Shown here: piece by piece, positions 38,621 through 52,300 of the stretch | How the letters are laid out: each line of letters begins with the position of its first letter | Numbering within the stretch: the first letter of the stretch is position 1 | From: the human T2T-CHM13v2.0 reference genome, Homo sapiens | Length of the DNA: 64,000 nt | Assembly (NCBI RefSeq): GCF_009914755.1 | Contig: NC_060929.1 | Strand: one strand, 5' to 3' | Position numbers and translations under genes: made by a program | The notes under the pieces: model-generated | What the model saw: only the letters and a program-made list of their open reading frames with translations | Databases searched by the model: none | What the model was told of the DNA's origin: nothing

Positions 38621-41600
38621 AACGAGAGAATAGTGAGGGTTGGGGTTTGGTGGGGCAGGGGCAGATAAGGAGTATTGTTGCTTGGCTCCTTCCTACCAGG
38701 GAATTTTCATCCAGAGGCTGTTTTAAACTACCCTTGGCTTTGGAGAATGGATTGGCCAATCACATTCATACCAAAGCCATTAACCAGTAATGGAAAGCAT
38801 GGCTTCAATCCAGCTGGCTGTTCATTCTAAAACTGATTGGGCTGTGATCTGACTCAACTAGTCAATTCCAAAAAAGAGCTTCACATGGGTGTTTCATACT
38901 GGCAAATGTAGCCTATGTAAAAATCCCCATGGAATGAATAAGTGCTAGTTTCTTTTTTTTTTTTCATTTTCATGTCTATATTTCACATTGTCTTCAAAAC
39001 AACTCTAAGAAATAAATCATGCCCATCTTTGGAGACAAGGAACTGATACTCAAGGAGAAGGGAAGATGCAAACAGAGCCATTCAGTCATGTGGTGAGCCT
39101 GGAACCCAGGCTCAGCTGTCATAGAACAGTTTTTTCTGCTGGGTGTTTGAAGCCCAGGGGTGTATGGCAGTGCACCCGGATAACAATTTTTATTTCTATG
39201 AACGTTGGGATAGAGTTGATGCTTTGGGGAGACATATCACATCTGCACTGTGGCCATAAGTGCTAGTTTCAACTGAACAAGCTTTTTAATTTAGATACCC
39301 GTCTTCTAGACAAATGCTAAATTAACTATATAATTGCTTTATACTGAACCTAGCTGGGGCTACCTATTGGGATGCTGTAATAATTGTTCAATAGCTGCAA
39401 AGGCTATTAATGTTCAGAAATAACATCCACCTACATTCCACCCATGCCAAAAGCTCTTCTCTAATAGCTGTATTTCTGGGGGTGGAGGTCAGAAAGCGTC
39501 ATGAAGGTTGGCTTGGAAAATAGGTTGGAGAATGGTTCTATTAACCTTTAGTGCTTGTAAAACTCTTATCCAGTTCCTGATTCATGTCTGATTATGATCA
39601 ATTTGGTCATGTTAATAGAGTTGTTGCCCTTTTTTACTCATTGCTAAGCATTAATAAGTTAACAGAAAGGCAGATAGGAAAGAGGTGGTTGTTAGCCAGG
39701 GTAAAAGACTCAGTGGTAATTGAAATGAAATGAAAAAAATAATTTGAGAGAAAAAAAGACAAGGCCAAGATATTTAAGGAGCTGAGACCAAGCATCTTGT
39801 CAATTTCTCTTTGGAAAATGTTAGGTTTTCATGTTATTTTCAATATCAAATCATGTGGGATTAAAAGAGAGAAGGAAGGAGGGAAAAGAGGCAGAAGGGT
39901 GAGAGAGAGAGATTTGTTCAGAGAGACAGAACCAGTACACTCACAGGCCCTGTTTGATAACAGCATATTGGAATTCAGATGTGACTCCATGGAGTACAGG
40001 CACCTTGAATAGCCTCTTCATCTAAATCACATGTGTGAGCCCCAGAGGATATTGCATTTAATTGCCAAGATTGGGACGGAGGCCTTAAAATGGCCCAAAG
40101 AACAGAGCAGGAGGAGGAAGCCATTACAGCTATCCCTCTCTGCAAATAGAATGGATAATATGTTGGCATAAAGTTACAATTTCTTCCTGTATCTGCTTAG
40201 GTAAGGCTGACAAATAAAACTAGCGTAAACCTTCAAACCTGGGAGGCAAACAGTTATCTCATTAAGGCAAAGGCCATTAACTTGCCATCATCATCTGGTT
40301 ACATGCTGTGCTGTGAATAAATTAAATTCAGATTTAGAAGCATTCTGGCTATTGTTGGCTGACATGCAATATAACAGTACAAATGCCACCAATCATTCAT
40401 AGACCAAAATTATGGGGGACAAAGAAGGAGGAAAGAGAGAAGCCTATTCTCAGGCTCTGGTGCAGCTGTAACTGAAAGCCTCATAACAGCTCTTAAACGC
40501 CATAAAGAGTTAAGACATAGGCTATAATTTTTCCCTGATCTCTAGGACCAAAACAGACATAGAAGGTGTTGTGAAATCAATGCATCTGACAAGATGCTCT
40601 TGACTGGGACCTGAACCCCACCTCTCCCATCATTCCTGGATCCTGCAGAGTTGATACAAACCAGAAACCCAGTTGACTTCAGCATGCTGAGAAGGATGAA
40701 AAAGCCACCTGCTCTTGAATAGGAGATGTCTGAGGCCAAGCTCAAGGCAGATTTACTTGGGCTGAAGCCATCTTTCTTCCCACATCCCAAACTGGCATCT
40801 AGCCAATATGGCAATCATCTGAAAAATGCCTCGGAAATTGGTGCCAATTAGGTTTTCCAAAAGTAACTAAGAAAATTGATAGAATTAGAGAGCAAAATAA
40901 ATCTTACAAAATACCTCTTGTATTGTAAAATCATATAGAACTAGCATACTGGTTGCATGTAGCCTGCCTTAACTCTTTTTGGAAAAGTTAGCAAATAAAT
41001 AAATACATAATTTATCTAAAACGGAACAACTCAATTCTCCTTTCTAACTTTCCTAACTTCTCAATCATACAAGTTTTGAGTCATCCTTTTCTTCTTTCCC
41101 TACCTCTTTTTTCACCAAGTAACAAAATCTAATGTATGCCTTTAAATAGAGGAGAAGCTCAGTATAGTTAATGAATGGATGAGTGAAATAAATGAATGCT
41201 ATTACTGTGTTTAAAACCCAACAACAAAGAAAGATAATACTCACTTCCCAAACTTCTTAGTATGACATTTATAATCTTCTTAACCTTGGTCCAATACATG
41301 TACATACACATTTTTAACTTCTCTTCTCCCCTAAAAGAATCTTCCATTTCAGTCAGACCCAAATGCTAAACATGCACACCTTTCCCTTTCTGCACCTGCA
41401 AAACTTTCTGTACCCACACTATGGTTCCTTGCCCATGATTTTTCCAGAAAACTTTCTATATCCATGACTTCACTGGACTCCTACGATATATATAGTCTCT
41501 ATTTTCACATTACATTTCACCATTTACTCCTTGGCATTTCTGTATATTATTTTATCTATTATCATTTAACTTTGTAATGAATGTTCTCATTCTCCTCAAA

Positions 41601-41904
41601 AGTACAATCTAATATTCTTTCAAATAGAAAAAGATATTACACTCACTGATATCCTCATAGCAATTTGCATTAATGCATTTTATACCAAAGCTCAGAAAAA
41701 AATTTTAATGAATGACTAAACAAGATTGATTTTGCTGAGAATGTAAAGCTGAAATTGTAAAGTATAGCTTAGAGCATAGTCAGTGGTCAAATTTCATAAT
41801 AACTTTCTAATTTTCTAAACTATACAGACTTTTCTACCATTTTCGGTGACACCATAGATTTTCACATTCAAAAATTGAAATGCATTCTCTCTGTGTGTAG
41901 CTTA

Positions 41905-42300
41905 ATTTTTATTGCCCAAAAGCAGACTATGAGACTAAGATTTTAGTGCAAGTAGTTTATTTGAAAGGTGATCATAAAAGGACCATAGAGGAGGTGGGCA
42001 GTGAGATAGGGAAGGGAAAAAGCCAGTGTAAAGTACACTGATAAGCAGAATAACATTGTGAGAAGTGGGGTTCCATCCTACTAGGAATACCTAGGACATA
42101 CTATAGGAGTGCCTCAGAGTTATCTCACCTGGAGATTGAGGAGACTGGGATATTCATCTACCAATTTCCTGTTACTGGTTAAGGCCCTTTTCTGCCCTTA
42201 CTCTCCAACTACAGGACCTTGCATTAAAAAGCCATTGGTGGGCATAGGAATGGGGGGCGGGGAAGGGCATATAAGCAGTACACTAATAGTGTCTGCTATA
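41905..42300 (-). mobile_element. LTR16C-like ERVL LTR
   Basis: 'aagcagactatgagac..agattttagtgcaagtagtttatttg..aggtgatc', 'gtgagatagggaaggga', terminal 'gtctgctata'. Confidence 0.75.
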
Positions 42301-45287
42301 TCTTAAAGCATAAATATTGAAGACACCACCTATTACCTCCCCTAACAGGTAGATGGGGAGGTATACTGAATACCATTATAATTTTAATGCTAAAGAAGAC
42401 ATCAATGGCTTTCTCTGGAGTAGTACACAAGAGAACAGCAATACAGTAAATACATCTACACACTGGAAACAAACTGAAAGAAAAAGTGATTCTGTCCTAT
42501 GAAGCTCTATTCCTTGTTCTATCTTCAAAGCTGCCCTTGGTTTTGGCTTGATTTCACCAGAAACAAGATCATGAGGAGCCTGGTGAAAGTAAGAAGGAAG
42601 AACAGAACTGGGAGGGTGCTGTATAAAGACTGATACAAGAAGAGTGGAAAACCTGCTGATTTTCTTGCAAGTCTGAATTGATAGGAAACTAACATTCACA
42701 GCATCTTAGACACAAAAGCTTCCAGCCAGGTGATAGTTATTTTATCTCTAAACAAGCTTCTCTGCTCTGTTTTTCAAAGGTCTCCAAGATAAAGGACATG
42801 GATTTTAATTAGCAAGTTTCAATTGACAGAGAATTAAAATTTAATGTTCTATTCATCAATAGTTTAAGGATGAAGTTTCCCAGTAGTGCCTGGGAAATGT
42901 GGCTGTCAGAGCTGCTTACAGTTTACAAATACTTTACAAAACTTACAATGCTGATAGAAGCGGCTTGAAAGTTTCCTCCAAGTACACCTGAATTTAGGTC
43001 TCTCTAGTAGTAAAGAAAGAGGCAAGCTTACTCTTTTCCAATTTCACTCTCATCTTCCCAAGAACACTTTACTTGTTAAGACTGTCTGTGGAAGTTTCTT
43101 ATCAGTGACACATTTTCTAAATGCAGGTCTCCTAAGTCCCCGGGCTGCCTCAGATACCACCTGCAGGTCCTTCTCCATGATGTATATAGTGAGGGGTCAC
43201 ACAACCCCATTCTCTCCTCTACATTCAAGGGATTCTATACGCAGAGATGGACAAAAGAGAAGTAGGAAAGGGGAAAAGAAGGAGATGGATTGCAGCACAG
43301 ATAATGGGAATAATGGAAGCAGAAAAAAAGGAGGAAGAGGAATAGGAGGCTGATTATCAAAGTTGGAGGTTGAGCTTCCTGCTATCTCTATGCCTAACTG
43401 AGAAGACACTGGAGTGTCATGCTGTATCTTCATCTCTGGTTTGGAGGAGTTCTCCAAGCCAGGAGCAGTTTCCCCTGGTGTATGTGTCAGAGGAAATAAA
43501 TGGATTCTGGGAAAACAATGTTCTTTTGGTACATATTGAACAATTTTTACTCTAGAGTGGACTCTTCAAAAAATACCAAAGGTTCAAGGGCTTCATACAC
43601 CTCAACGTAACCTGAGACATCTTAGTCAAAAGCAGAAATGGACAAGTAAATTTGTCTTTTCTTTTTTGACTCCTGAAGTACAAAAGTAGAATGTTTTATA
43701 AGCCAGTGAATTTCCTGCTACCAGGAATGTTTGGAATATTTGTCATAAGATGATATTTGAGGAATATTTTAAAAGATCTCTGCTTGAGGAGGGAGATGGG
43801 ATTCTATTTACAATTCAACTCGATAGACATTTAAGTGCCTCTGATTGCAAAAGTGAACACAAAGCTGTTGCTGATGTCAACAAGGCAACACTCTAGCAGA
43901 AAAGATGGGTATAGATGACTGTGGTAACAAAAGTGTTATGCCTAAATGTATATGCAGAGAGGAAAAGCATTGACTTTTCAAGAATATTTAAAAGCAGCCC
44001 CAAAGAGAAATAGAGTGATTATTTTGTCTGGTAGATCTGAGATCTTTCCTCTCTTTTTTTTTTTTTTATGTTGGATGTCCACCCCTAATCCTTGGTCTCA
44101 GCAAAGAACATGATGAACTCACCTACTGAAAGACATTGAAGGGAAACTGGACCCTAAGAACTAGCTCTCCATGAGGTTCTTCCTTTCTTCACATTTGTCA
44201 CTTTTTTGCTAGCCTTCAGAGAGCAATTTTCTTTAAACAATATAATCAGCTGATTCACTGAGCAGTAAGAGAAAATATCATCTTCTTGTTGGATTGGAGG
44301 CTTCCCAAGGCCTACTTGACCCTTGGAGTGTAATATTTACCCAATTCTCAAATGAGGGGAATTTTGTGTGCATGTTGAGAAACAGGTATCTTGATTGCCA
44401 TACTTTCAGCTAAGTCTTGTTTTCTGCTCAAGGGATTGCTTTCCTTACTGAAATAAAATCAAGGACCCCAAGGTATTGGTGCCAGAAGGAGGAGCTTCAT
44501 GGTGAAAGCAGACTGAACAGCCCTGATTCTGTCTCCCAAATTTGCTCCTTCTTTGCTATCCTCACCTTTCAAATTTAGCTGATGTTGTCTGCTCTTAAAT
44601 TGCTTGTATAAGTTTGGATCAGACCATCTTCTTTTCATTCTCCTTAGTCCTATACCATCAGGATTTCAAATGTGCAGAACCTTACTGAATACTAAGGAAT
44701 GGCAAAGGGGAACTGATTCAAGAAAAATCTGTATACATAAAGGAATACTAGTTAGATTTTCACAAATTTTGAAGGAATGTTTCAAAAGGAATGTTTGAAG
44801 TGATCTAAACTTTATAAGCAGAGACTATAAGGCTTTCATCCAGGGAAGCCCCTAAAATGAACAGTCAATGATCCCTCAGAGCAGGTGCAACTTGGTACCA
44901 GAGACCTATGTGCGTGCTGTTAAGTAGGCATACCTTAGACTCCAAACAAAACAAAACAAACAACAAAAGTGTAAAAATTCTGTCAAATATGACCTCCAAA
45001 TGAAAAATCACAAAAGCAGATGCAAAGGCAGGGCTACAATACACTCAAGTTGCCCCTCTGCACCCATGAGCATTTCTGTATAATCTACTTCAAGGTCAGT
45101 GTGGGCAGAGACATATTTACTTGAACAATGGTTAATGATTTTTTTGTGCAATGCTGGCAAGCTCAGCTAGTATCAGAAATTTGAAAGCATTTCCATTTAA
45201 AAGAACACACTTCTGAGGCTCCCATAGCTAACTCTAGTCTCAAAAACGGTACCACATTCCATTATCTTTCTTTCTTGTTTTTCTTCG

Positions 45288-45652
45288 TTTTATTTTTAAT
45301 TTACAAATAAAAATTGTGTATATTTGTGAGGTACAATGTGATGTTTTAAAATATGTATACATTGTGGAATAGATAAATAACCTAATTAACATATTCATAT
45401 TTCACATATTTGTCATTCATTTGTAATGAGAATATTTAAAATCTACCCTCAGCACTTTTCAAGTATACAACACACTGTAATTAACTATAGTCACCATGTT
45501 GTACAATAGATCTCTTGAGATTATTCCTCGTTTAACCAAAATTTTGTATCCTTTGTCCAACAATCCCCAATCCCACCCAATCTCCCAGGCCCTGGTAATC
45601 ACCATTCTATTCTTCTCCTTCCATGACTTTGACATTTTTAGATGCCACATAT
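45288..45652 (-). mobile_element. L1MA-type 3' end (L1MA7/8-like)
   Basis: 'gtacaatgtgatgtttt', 'ttaactatagtcaccatgttgtacaatagatctcttga'. Confidence 0.85.
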
Positions 45653-45894
45653 ATGCCATTCCATTTTCTGCCAGAAAGCCTATCATATTCTTATGCCAAA
45701 GAGATGATTCCAATGTCACAAACTATTGGCTATATGTTTTGCTACTATGCTCTGTACCCATTCTCTGTCTTTTTTTTTTTTTAATGACCGCATGGCAATT
45801 GGTTTCCTCAATATCTTTATTCTTTCATAGGCCTTCATTCAGCCACTCACCTGAAGTTTCTCCACTTTGTTTTGCTTCTGTTTTATGATACAAG

Positions 45895-46110
45895 AATAGG
45901 CAGATGTGAGTTCAAATCCTGGCTCAATGACTCACTATATAAACATTTATCGTGGTCAAGTTATTCACCTTTCTTAATATCTTTACCTCATCGGTAAAAT
46001 TGGACTAAAATAAGTGTTTTACAAAGTTGTTTTGAGAAATAAAATAGTTACTTATGTTTTATAGAGAGGCCAGCACGGCATCTAGCATGTGGTAAGTACA
46101 AAATATATTT
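45895..46110 (+). mobile_element. MIR SINE
   Basis: 'gagttcaaatcctggctc', 'caagttattcacct', 'cctcatcggtaaaattgg'. Confidence 0.75.
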
Positions 46111-46665
46111 CCTCAATGGAATTTATAAGCTTTCTCTGCCTAGGGTTGTGCAAACTTAGACTCCAATGCTTGGTCAGGATAATAAATTCATGCACTGGAA
46201 AGTTTTGTCCCTGTCACTTTTCCCCAGAATGGTATAGCCAGTGATTTGCCCAGAGTCACTCAGTCCCTGGTGTTCTTGAGGGCCATGGTTCAACTATGTG
46301 TCCTTTTTAGACTCTCCAAAATAATGGCCATGACTTTTAGGCTTCTATATTTCAATTTTCCAAACATCCAACTCTGCAGAATTTATATTCATCAACAAGA
46401 GAAAAATACCTTTTTTTGGCATGGATTTAGACCTCCCAGGAATCTATTAAGTCACACAAGAACACCTCAAAACACCAGAACTCCTTTGAAAGTTAGAAAT
46501 AGATCACAATGTATACTGAGTTAAATAAAGTCCTCCCAAATATTAATGTCCATTCACAACCTCAGAATGTTATCCTTATTTGGAAATAGGGTCTTTGCAG
46601 ATATAATTAGCTTAGATACAGTCACACTGTAGTGGAATGGGCCCTAGATCCAATGACTGGTGTCC

Positions 46666-47026
46666 TGTCTTAGTTCATTCAGGCTACTATAACAAAATAC
46701 CATAAACCAGGTAGCTTTTAAACAACAGGAATTTATTTTTCATAGTTCTTGAGGCTGGGTTGCCTAAGATCTAAGTGCTGGCAGATTTGGTATTTGGTGA
46801 GGGCCTACTTTCTGGTTCACAGATGGCACCTCCAGCTGTGTCCTCACAAGATGGCAGGTGCTAGCTAACTCCCTGGAGTCTCTTTTATAAGAGTGCTAAT
46901 CCCATTCTTGTGGACAGAGCCCTAATGACCTAATTACCTTCCAAAGGCCCCACCTTCTAATACTTTCACCCTGGTGATGAGTTTTAACGTGAACTTTTGG
47001 GGGGATGCAAACATTCGGACCATGCC
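46666..47026 (-). mobile_element. MLT1A0-like LTR nested in MLT1C
   Basis: 'tgtcttagtt...ctataacaaaataccata', 'ccaaaggccccacc'. TSD tgtcc/tatcc. Confidence 0.88.
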
Positions 47027-47214
47027 TATCCTTCTAAGGAAGCCATGAGAAGACAGAGAAACACACACAGATTGAAGCAGGTCATGTAGTGATGGAAGCA
47101 GAGACTAGAGTTATGTATCCACAAGCCAAGGAACACCAAAAATTGCTGACAACCACCGGAACTTAAGAGACAAATGAGACATATTCTCTCTCCAAGTTTA
47201 CAAAAGAAACCAAT

Positions 47215-47593
47215 TGTATTAGTCTGTTTTCATACTGCTATGAAGACCTGCCTTCATAGACTGGGTAATTAATAAGAAAAGAAGTTTAATTGACTCACAT
47301 TTCAGCATGGCTGGAGTGGCCTTAGGAAACTTACAATCATAGTGGAAGGCGAAGGGGAAACAAGGCACCTTCTTCACAAGGCAGCAGGAAGGAGAAAAGC
47401 TGAGCAAAGGGAAAAGCCCCTTATAAAACCATGAGACCACATGAGAACTCACTCACTATCACCAGAACAGCATGGGGGAAACCACTCCCATGATTCAACC
47501 ACCTCCACCTGGTCTCTCCCTTGGTACATGAGGATCACGGTGATTACAATTTAAGATGAGATTTAGGTGGGGACACAAAGCCTAACCATATCA
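47215..47593 (-). mobile_element. THE1D-like LTR nested in MLT1C
   Basis: 'tgtattagtctgttttcatactgcta'...'gtggggacacaaagcctaaccatatca'. Perfect TSD ccaat at 47210-47214 and 47594-47598. Confidence 0.92.
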
Positions 47594-48972
47594 CCAATCC
47601 TGCCAGCAACTTGATTTTAGACTTCAGGCTTCCGGAAATATGAAAGCATACATTTCTGTTGTTTTGAGGCATGTAGCTCATGGTAATTTGTTACAGCAGT
47701 TCTAGGAAACTCATAACTGAGGATAATTGAGGACTTTCATTTATTTATTCTTCCGTTAACCTGACTCTCCCTATTTCCAGTTTCAGCAGCTGAAACCATC
47801 ATTTTCTCAGTTTAAATATGATTGACAAGTTTAAATGACACAAAAGAATGCTCATGCTGTCTCAGAGGGATGATGGGGTCAGATAGCAGGCTAGGAGGCA
47901 GCCAGAGCAAAGGGGTAAGCCTTAAGCTCACAGGCAATGGCTGAACAGCACTAAAGAACCCAGAAACTGAAGAGAAAGGGAGTACATAAACTCTGATGGA
48001 ATGAGAAAATGGGAAGTATAAAGTTAGGTGTAAGCCATATAAAGTGAAGTGCAGAAACATGCCTTCAGAAAATAAAACTAAACATGAAAGGGCAATCCTA
48101 CCATGTGAGAGCCAATGCATGCATTCTGAAAAGGTACACTGCCTGTCCTTAAAGAACTGCATATAGTTCAAGGATATTTGTTTTAGTGTATTCTGAAAAG
48201 GCTTTAGGATCATTATCAATCCTGTAATAAGCCCAAGAGGAAATTTCAGGAAGCTGCAGTTCTCCTACCACATTTTCAAGTATGATAATGCAGGTCTTGA
48301 GAGAACAAGAAACACAGTTATTGTCCCATATCACCATTGTGTTAAAAACAATGCATGTAAGATTGTCGCAAAGAATAGAATCATTTAAAATACAAGGTGT
48401 TACTACTGCTGGTAGTATGGTACAGTGATAGATGGAGTCTGGAGTAAAAAAAAATAGGGGTCAAAATTCTACTATGCACTCACTAAGCTATGTAGGGTGT
48501 GATAAAGGGAACTGGTAATGAGGAGGGAGAGCGGTTCAATTTTAAATGAGATAGTCAGAGTAAGCATCATAATGAAAGTGACCTTTAAACAGAGATCTGA
48601 AGTGTGTGATTTATTCATGTAGATAGATAACGGAAGTTGTTTATTACCCTCAAGAATTCTGGAACTCTCCTGGCATCTTGGATTCTGACTAGTTCTGTGG
48701 AAATTATCTGAATCCTGTTTGTAATCTTTGTACAATCACTTAGCAAATAAAAACATAAATATCCATCATACTTCTTTAAAACCTATTGTTACAAAACATT
48801 CTGTGTTCTGCTAAGTATAAAATATGTATGTACAATGGCTAACTTTTTTCTAAAAGAGATAAATTCAGGATAGAAAAATATTTATAAGGATAAATGAAAA
48901 ATAAAATATACATTTATGTTGAAAAAAAAAGAAAAACAAGTTCTTAATCTCTAGACTTACCCATTTTATTAA

Positions 48973-49354
48973 TGCTGGAAAGTAGATGTTTGTGTCCCCC
49001 CTGACACTCCAAATTCATATGTTGAAATCTGTTCCCTAATGTGAGGGTATTTGGAGGTTGGGCCTTTGGAAGATGATTAGGTCCTGAAGGTGGAGCTCTT
49101 ATGAATAAGGTAAGTGCCCTTAGAAAGGAAATCCTAGAGAGATCCCTTGTCCCTTCCACCATATGAGGACATAGCAAAAAGACAGCCATCTATCAAACAG
49201 GAAGCAGCCTCTCACCCTCTCACCAAACACCAAATCTGCCAGCACCTTGATCTAAGATTTCTCAGCCCCCCAAACTGTGAGAAATAAATTTCTGTTGTTT
49301 AAAAGCCACTCAGTTTATTGTAGTTTGTTACAGCAGCCCAAATGGACCAAGACC
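48973..49354 (+). mobile_element. MLT1A0-like solo LTR
   Basis: 'aaattcatatgttgaaatc', 'caaatctgccagcaccttgatc', 'gtgagaaataaatttctgttgtt'. Perfect TSD attaa at 48968-48972 and 49355-49359. Confidence 0.9.
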
Positions 49355-52300
49355 ATTAAGAAAGATCATTTCCCTACTGTCTTCTTACTCTTTTTAAAAA
49401 GGGTTGGGGTTTTATGAGAATACATTAGCACTAACAGGAAAACATACATACCCAACCCATATGAGTCAATGGGGCATAAGAGCTTTCTGCAAAAATAAAT
49501 CTTGAAAATGTTTTTGCTACTTTATAAGTCTGAAAAATAATTCAAGCCACTCTAAACCCTTGAAATTCTGTTGGATAATGAACTTAAGGAGCTGTTGACA
49601 TCCATGTCGCCTGGTGTCCACACTTGGCCTCATATCAGACAGCCACTGGAAAGCGATTGGCATGAACATGTATCTGAGAACCCTCTGTTTTATTTTTAAA
49701 TGATAACAAAAGTAAGTACAACCATGATAGTAGCCTACTAATAATAAAGGGAGCTATTTATACATTTTTAAGTGACTGTGGTAGATATAGTTAGCTATCA
49801 ACATGAAGTTCTTGTACCTTAGAGATGGCATGTCACTGAAAGAAACAGACTCCAGGTCATGGGAGTTCCAAATCTCCTCTCAGATGATTGGAACCCAGGA
49901 GTACACCCTTCCCCAGCATAACCTGCATGTAGATGCATAGCCCACTGCTGAGGGACATGTACCTGTGACCAGCGCCTCAGATACAATACTGGGAGGACAT
50001 CTGTACTTAAGCTGTCTATATTCAAGTGACCTTTGCTCTCAGAGAAGTGGGACTATATTCAGAATGGTGCCCCTTAACATATTTCACATAAACCCCTTTC
50101 ACCTGCTTTGTTTTGAAACTTTCCCATGGGACTAGGGTTCTTAAAGCTGATGAGGTACATGAAAACTCATACCATAACAGGTCACCCGTTAGAACAGGTC
50201 AATGGAGAAAGATGAGCACTGAGAAAATGCGGAAAGACTGGGCCTTCCCTATCCTCTGTACACCATTGTGTTTCAGCTCACTCTCCACAAAAATGATGTC
50301 CTGGAGTTCTAAGAAAGAAAACAGTCATAGAGCACAGAAATACAGGGCTGCGTGTTACTGGATGTGAGGGAAAACTGTAGACATGGGGACAAAGAAAAAA
50401 ATAGAAGCACCAAGTTTAACTTAGGGGAGAATCAACCATCATTATGGTTGCTTGAGACAGAACAATGATTTAAAAGGGAGAAACTAAATAGGAGTTGTTA
50501 CTGGAACAGTGTTTAACCTGCATGTGTTTTCCCTACTCCCTCATCCCACGCCTGCTAATGTCAATAGTGATAAAAATGAGCTAGATGGAAGAGGGTTGAA
50601 GGTGGTCAGTGTAATACTTTAGAAAACAGATTCATGTATGACTCAAATACCTGAAGCTTTAGGGATTCCATAATTAAAGAACAGAATATAGAAGGAATAA
50701 AAAACATACTGAACAGCCCAAGAATCTCTAGTAAAAGTGAAAGATTAGACAGAGAAACAGAAAACTGGAAAATAAAACCAGAATTAGTGAAAATGTAATT
50801 CTGAGAGATAGAAGGGATGGAGAAATGTGACCAGGCTGAATAGGAGATATAAAAAGCCATTCGTTTACCTTGATAAGCAAAAGTGTGTCAATGACAAGGA
50901 AAGTTGGGGCCAAAATTAAAAAGTTAAATTATTTTCATTCAATAAATGTTCATTGAATTGTCACCCTGTGCCAGGAACTGTGTTAAGTGTTGGGACCAAG
51001 TGGTGAACAAAACAGCGGATTTAAAGTGAGTGGCCAGGGCAAAGGGTCAGGTCATTTGACACTAATGCTAAAATCCCATGGAAATCTGAATGCTTTTCTT
51101 AGCACCTTGAGGTCACAGAAAACTAAAGCAGAAGAAATGAGCTGAAATGAAAAATAAGAGTTCAGAAGAAAAACACTAAAAGGCATCTGTTTAAGTAAAT
51201 TACATTTATTTCAGGTGCTACATACACATTTGAAAGGGAAAAGTCCTTGTGAGACCCTGTAAAATAATTTACACAGAAATATTGAGTGATATTCTGTAAA
51301 CATATGCAATCTACGCTACATTTTAGCTGTACATTTTTAAATTAAGAGATACATTTATTTTTCTTAGAGTATCTATTCCTATAACTTATTTCCTTATGAA
51401 AAGCATGTTTTATTTAGACATTCCTATAGAATATTGCTTGATTTTCTTTTTCTCTCTTGTCTGTTTTTCTAAGAAAAATATTTTCCTTCAATGCCAAGTA
51501 CTCTTTCAAGGGTCTAAATAGAAAAATAGTAGAGTTATCGATCAAAGAATCCCTTCTCTTTCTGAGTGTCTTCATCTACATTTAAGGTTTGAGAAGACAA
51601 ATGACAAACATATTTTTAGACATTTTCATGTTTGAACAGGTTAGGTGGGGTTCATATTTTGATTCTTCCTAATATAAATGTCATTCAGGCTAGACAAAAG
51701 GAAAAAAATAGTCTCCAGGATTTCAGAAATGTTATTTTAAAAAATCATCCAAATCAATGTGGCAGAGTGGCCTGCTTAAAAGCCCTTCAATTAGATTTCA
51801 TTGCTATAAATGGAGGTGAAAAATCAATCAAGACAACCTGGGACCAAATATAATGCCACAATGAATAAATACTTCATTATGGGTCCAGCCTAATCTTGCT
51901 AATTTTTAAAGATTTGTACATTCATGTGACATGTCAAACTAGCATCACACTGCTCAAGTCCCTTTAGGATATCAATACCAAATTAATATTCCTAAAATAA
52001 CACACACAGAATATTAATAAAATTTCATAGCTCTGGCCTCAGAACTGCCAACTAGATAGCCAGCATTGTCTCTTACTTCTTCCTAACACATTCCACTCAG
52101 TTCCATCAGAGACACATCCCTGCAACAATTTCTCAATCAACCATTAAGTTATTTCTCTGCCAACATCTTCAGTCAACACTGTCAATCTACTTGTCAGATT
52201 TATATCACTTCTTGCAAACTTTCTTTTGTACCCAACTTAAGGATTGCTGCCATTAAGTGTACAATCAAGCAAGCGATAAGGATTTACTGAGCATCTATTC

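Larger units (their letters stand above)
46510..47716 (+). mobile_element. MLT1C-like MaLR LTR in three pieces (host of two nested LTRs)
   Basis: Pieces 46510-46665, 47027-47214 and 47594-47716 read as one colinear LTR ('ccttatttggaaatagggtctttgcagat', 'caagccaaggaacacc', 'ttgattttagacttc', 'tttgttacagcag.tctaggaaac'). Confidence 0.85.

Noticed and set aside
47491-47501. DUX4 site position in the THE1D LTR
   Set aside because: Reads TGATTCAACCA rather than TGATTCAATTA, so the motif is broken in this copy.
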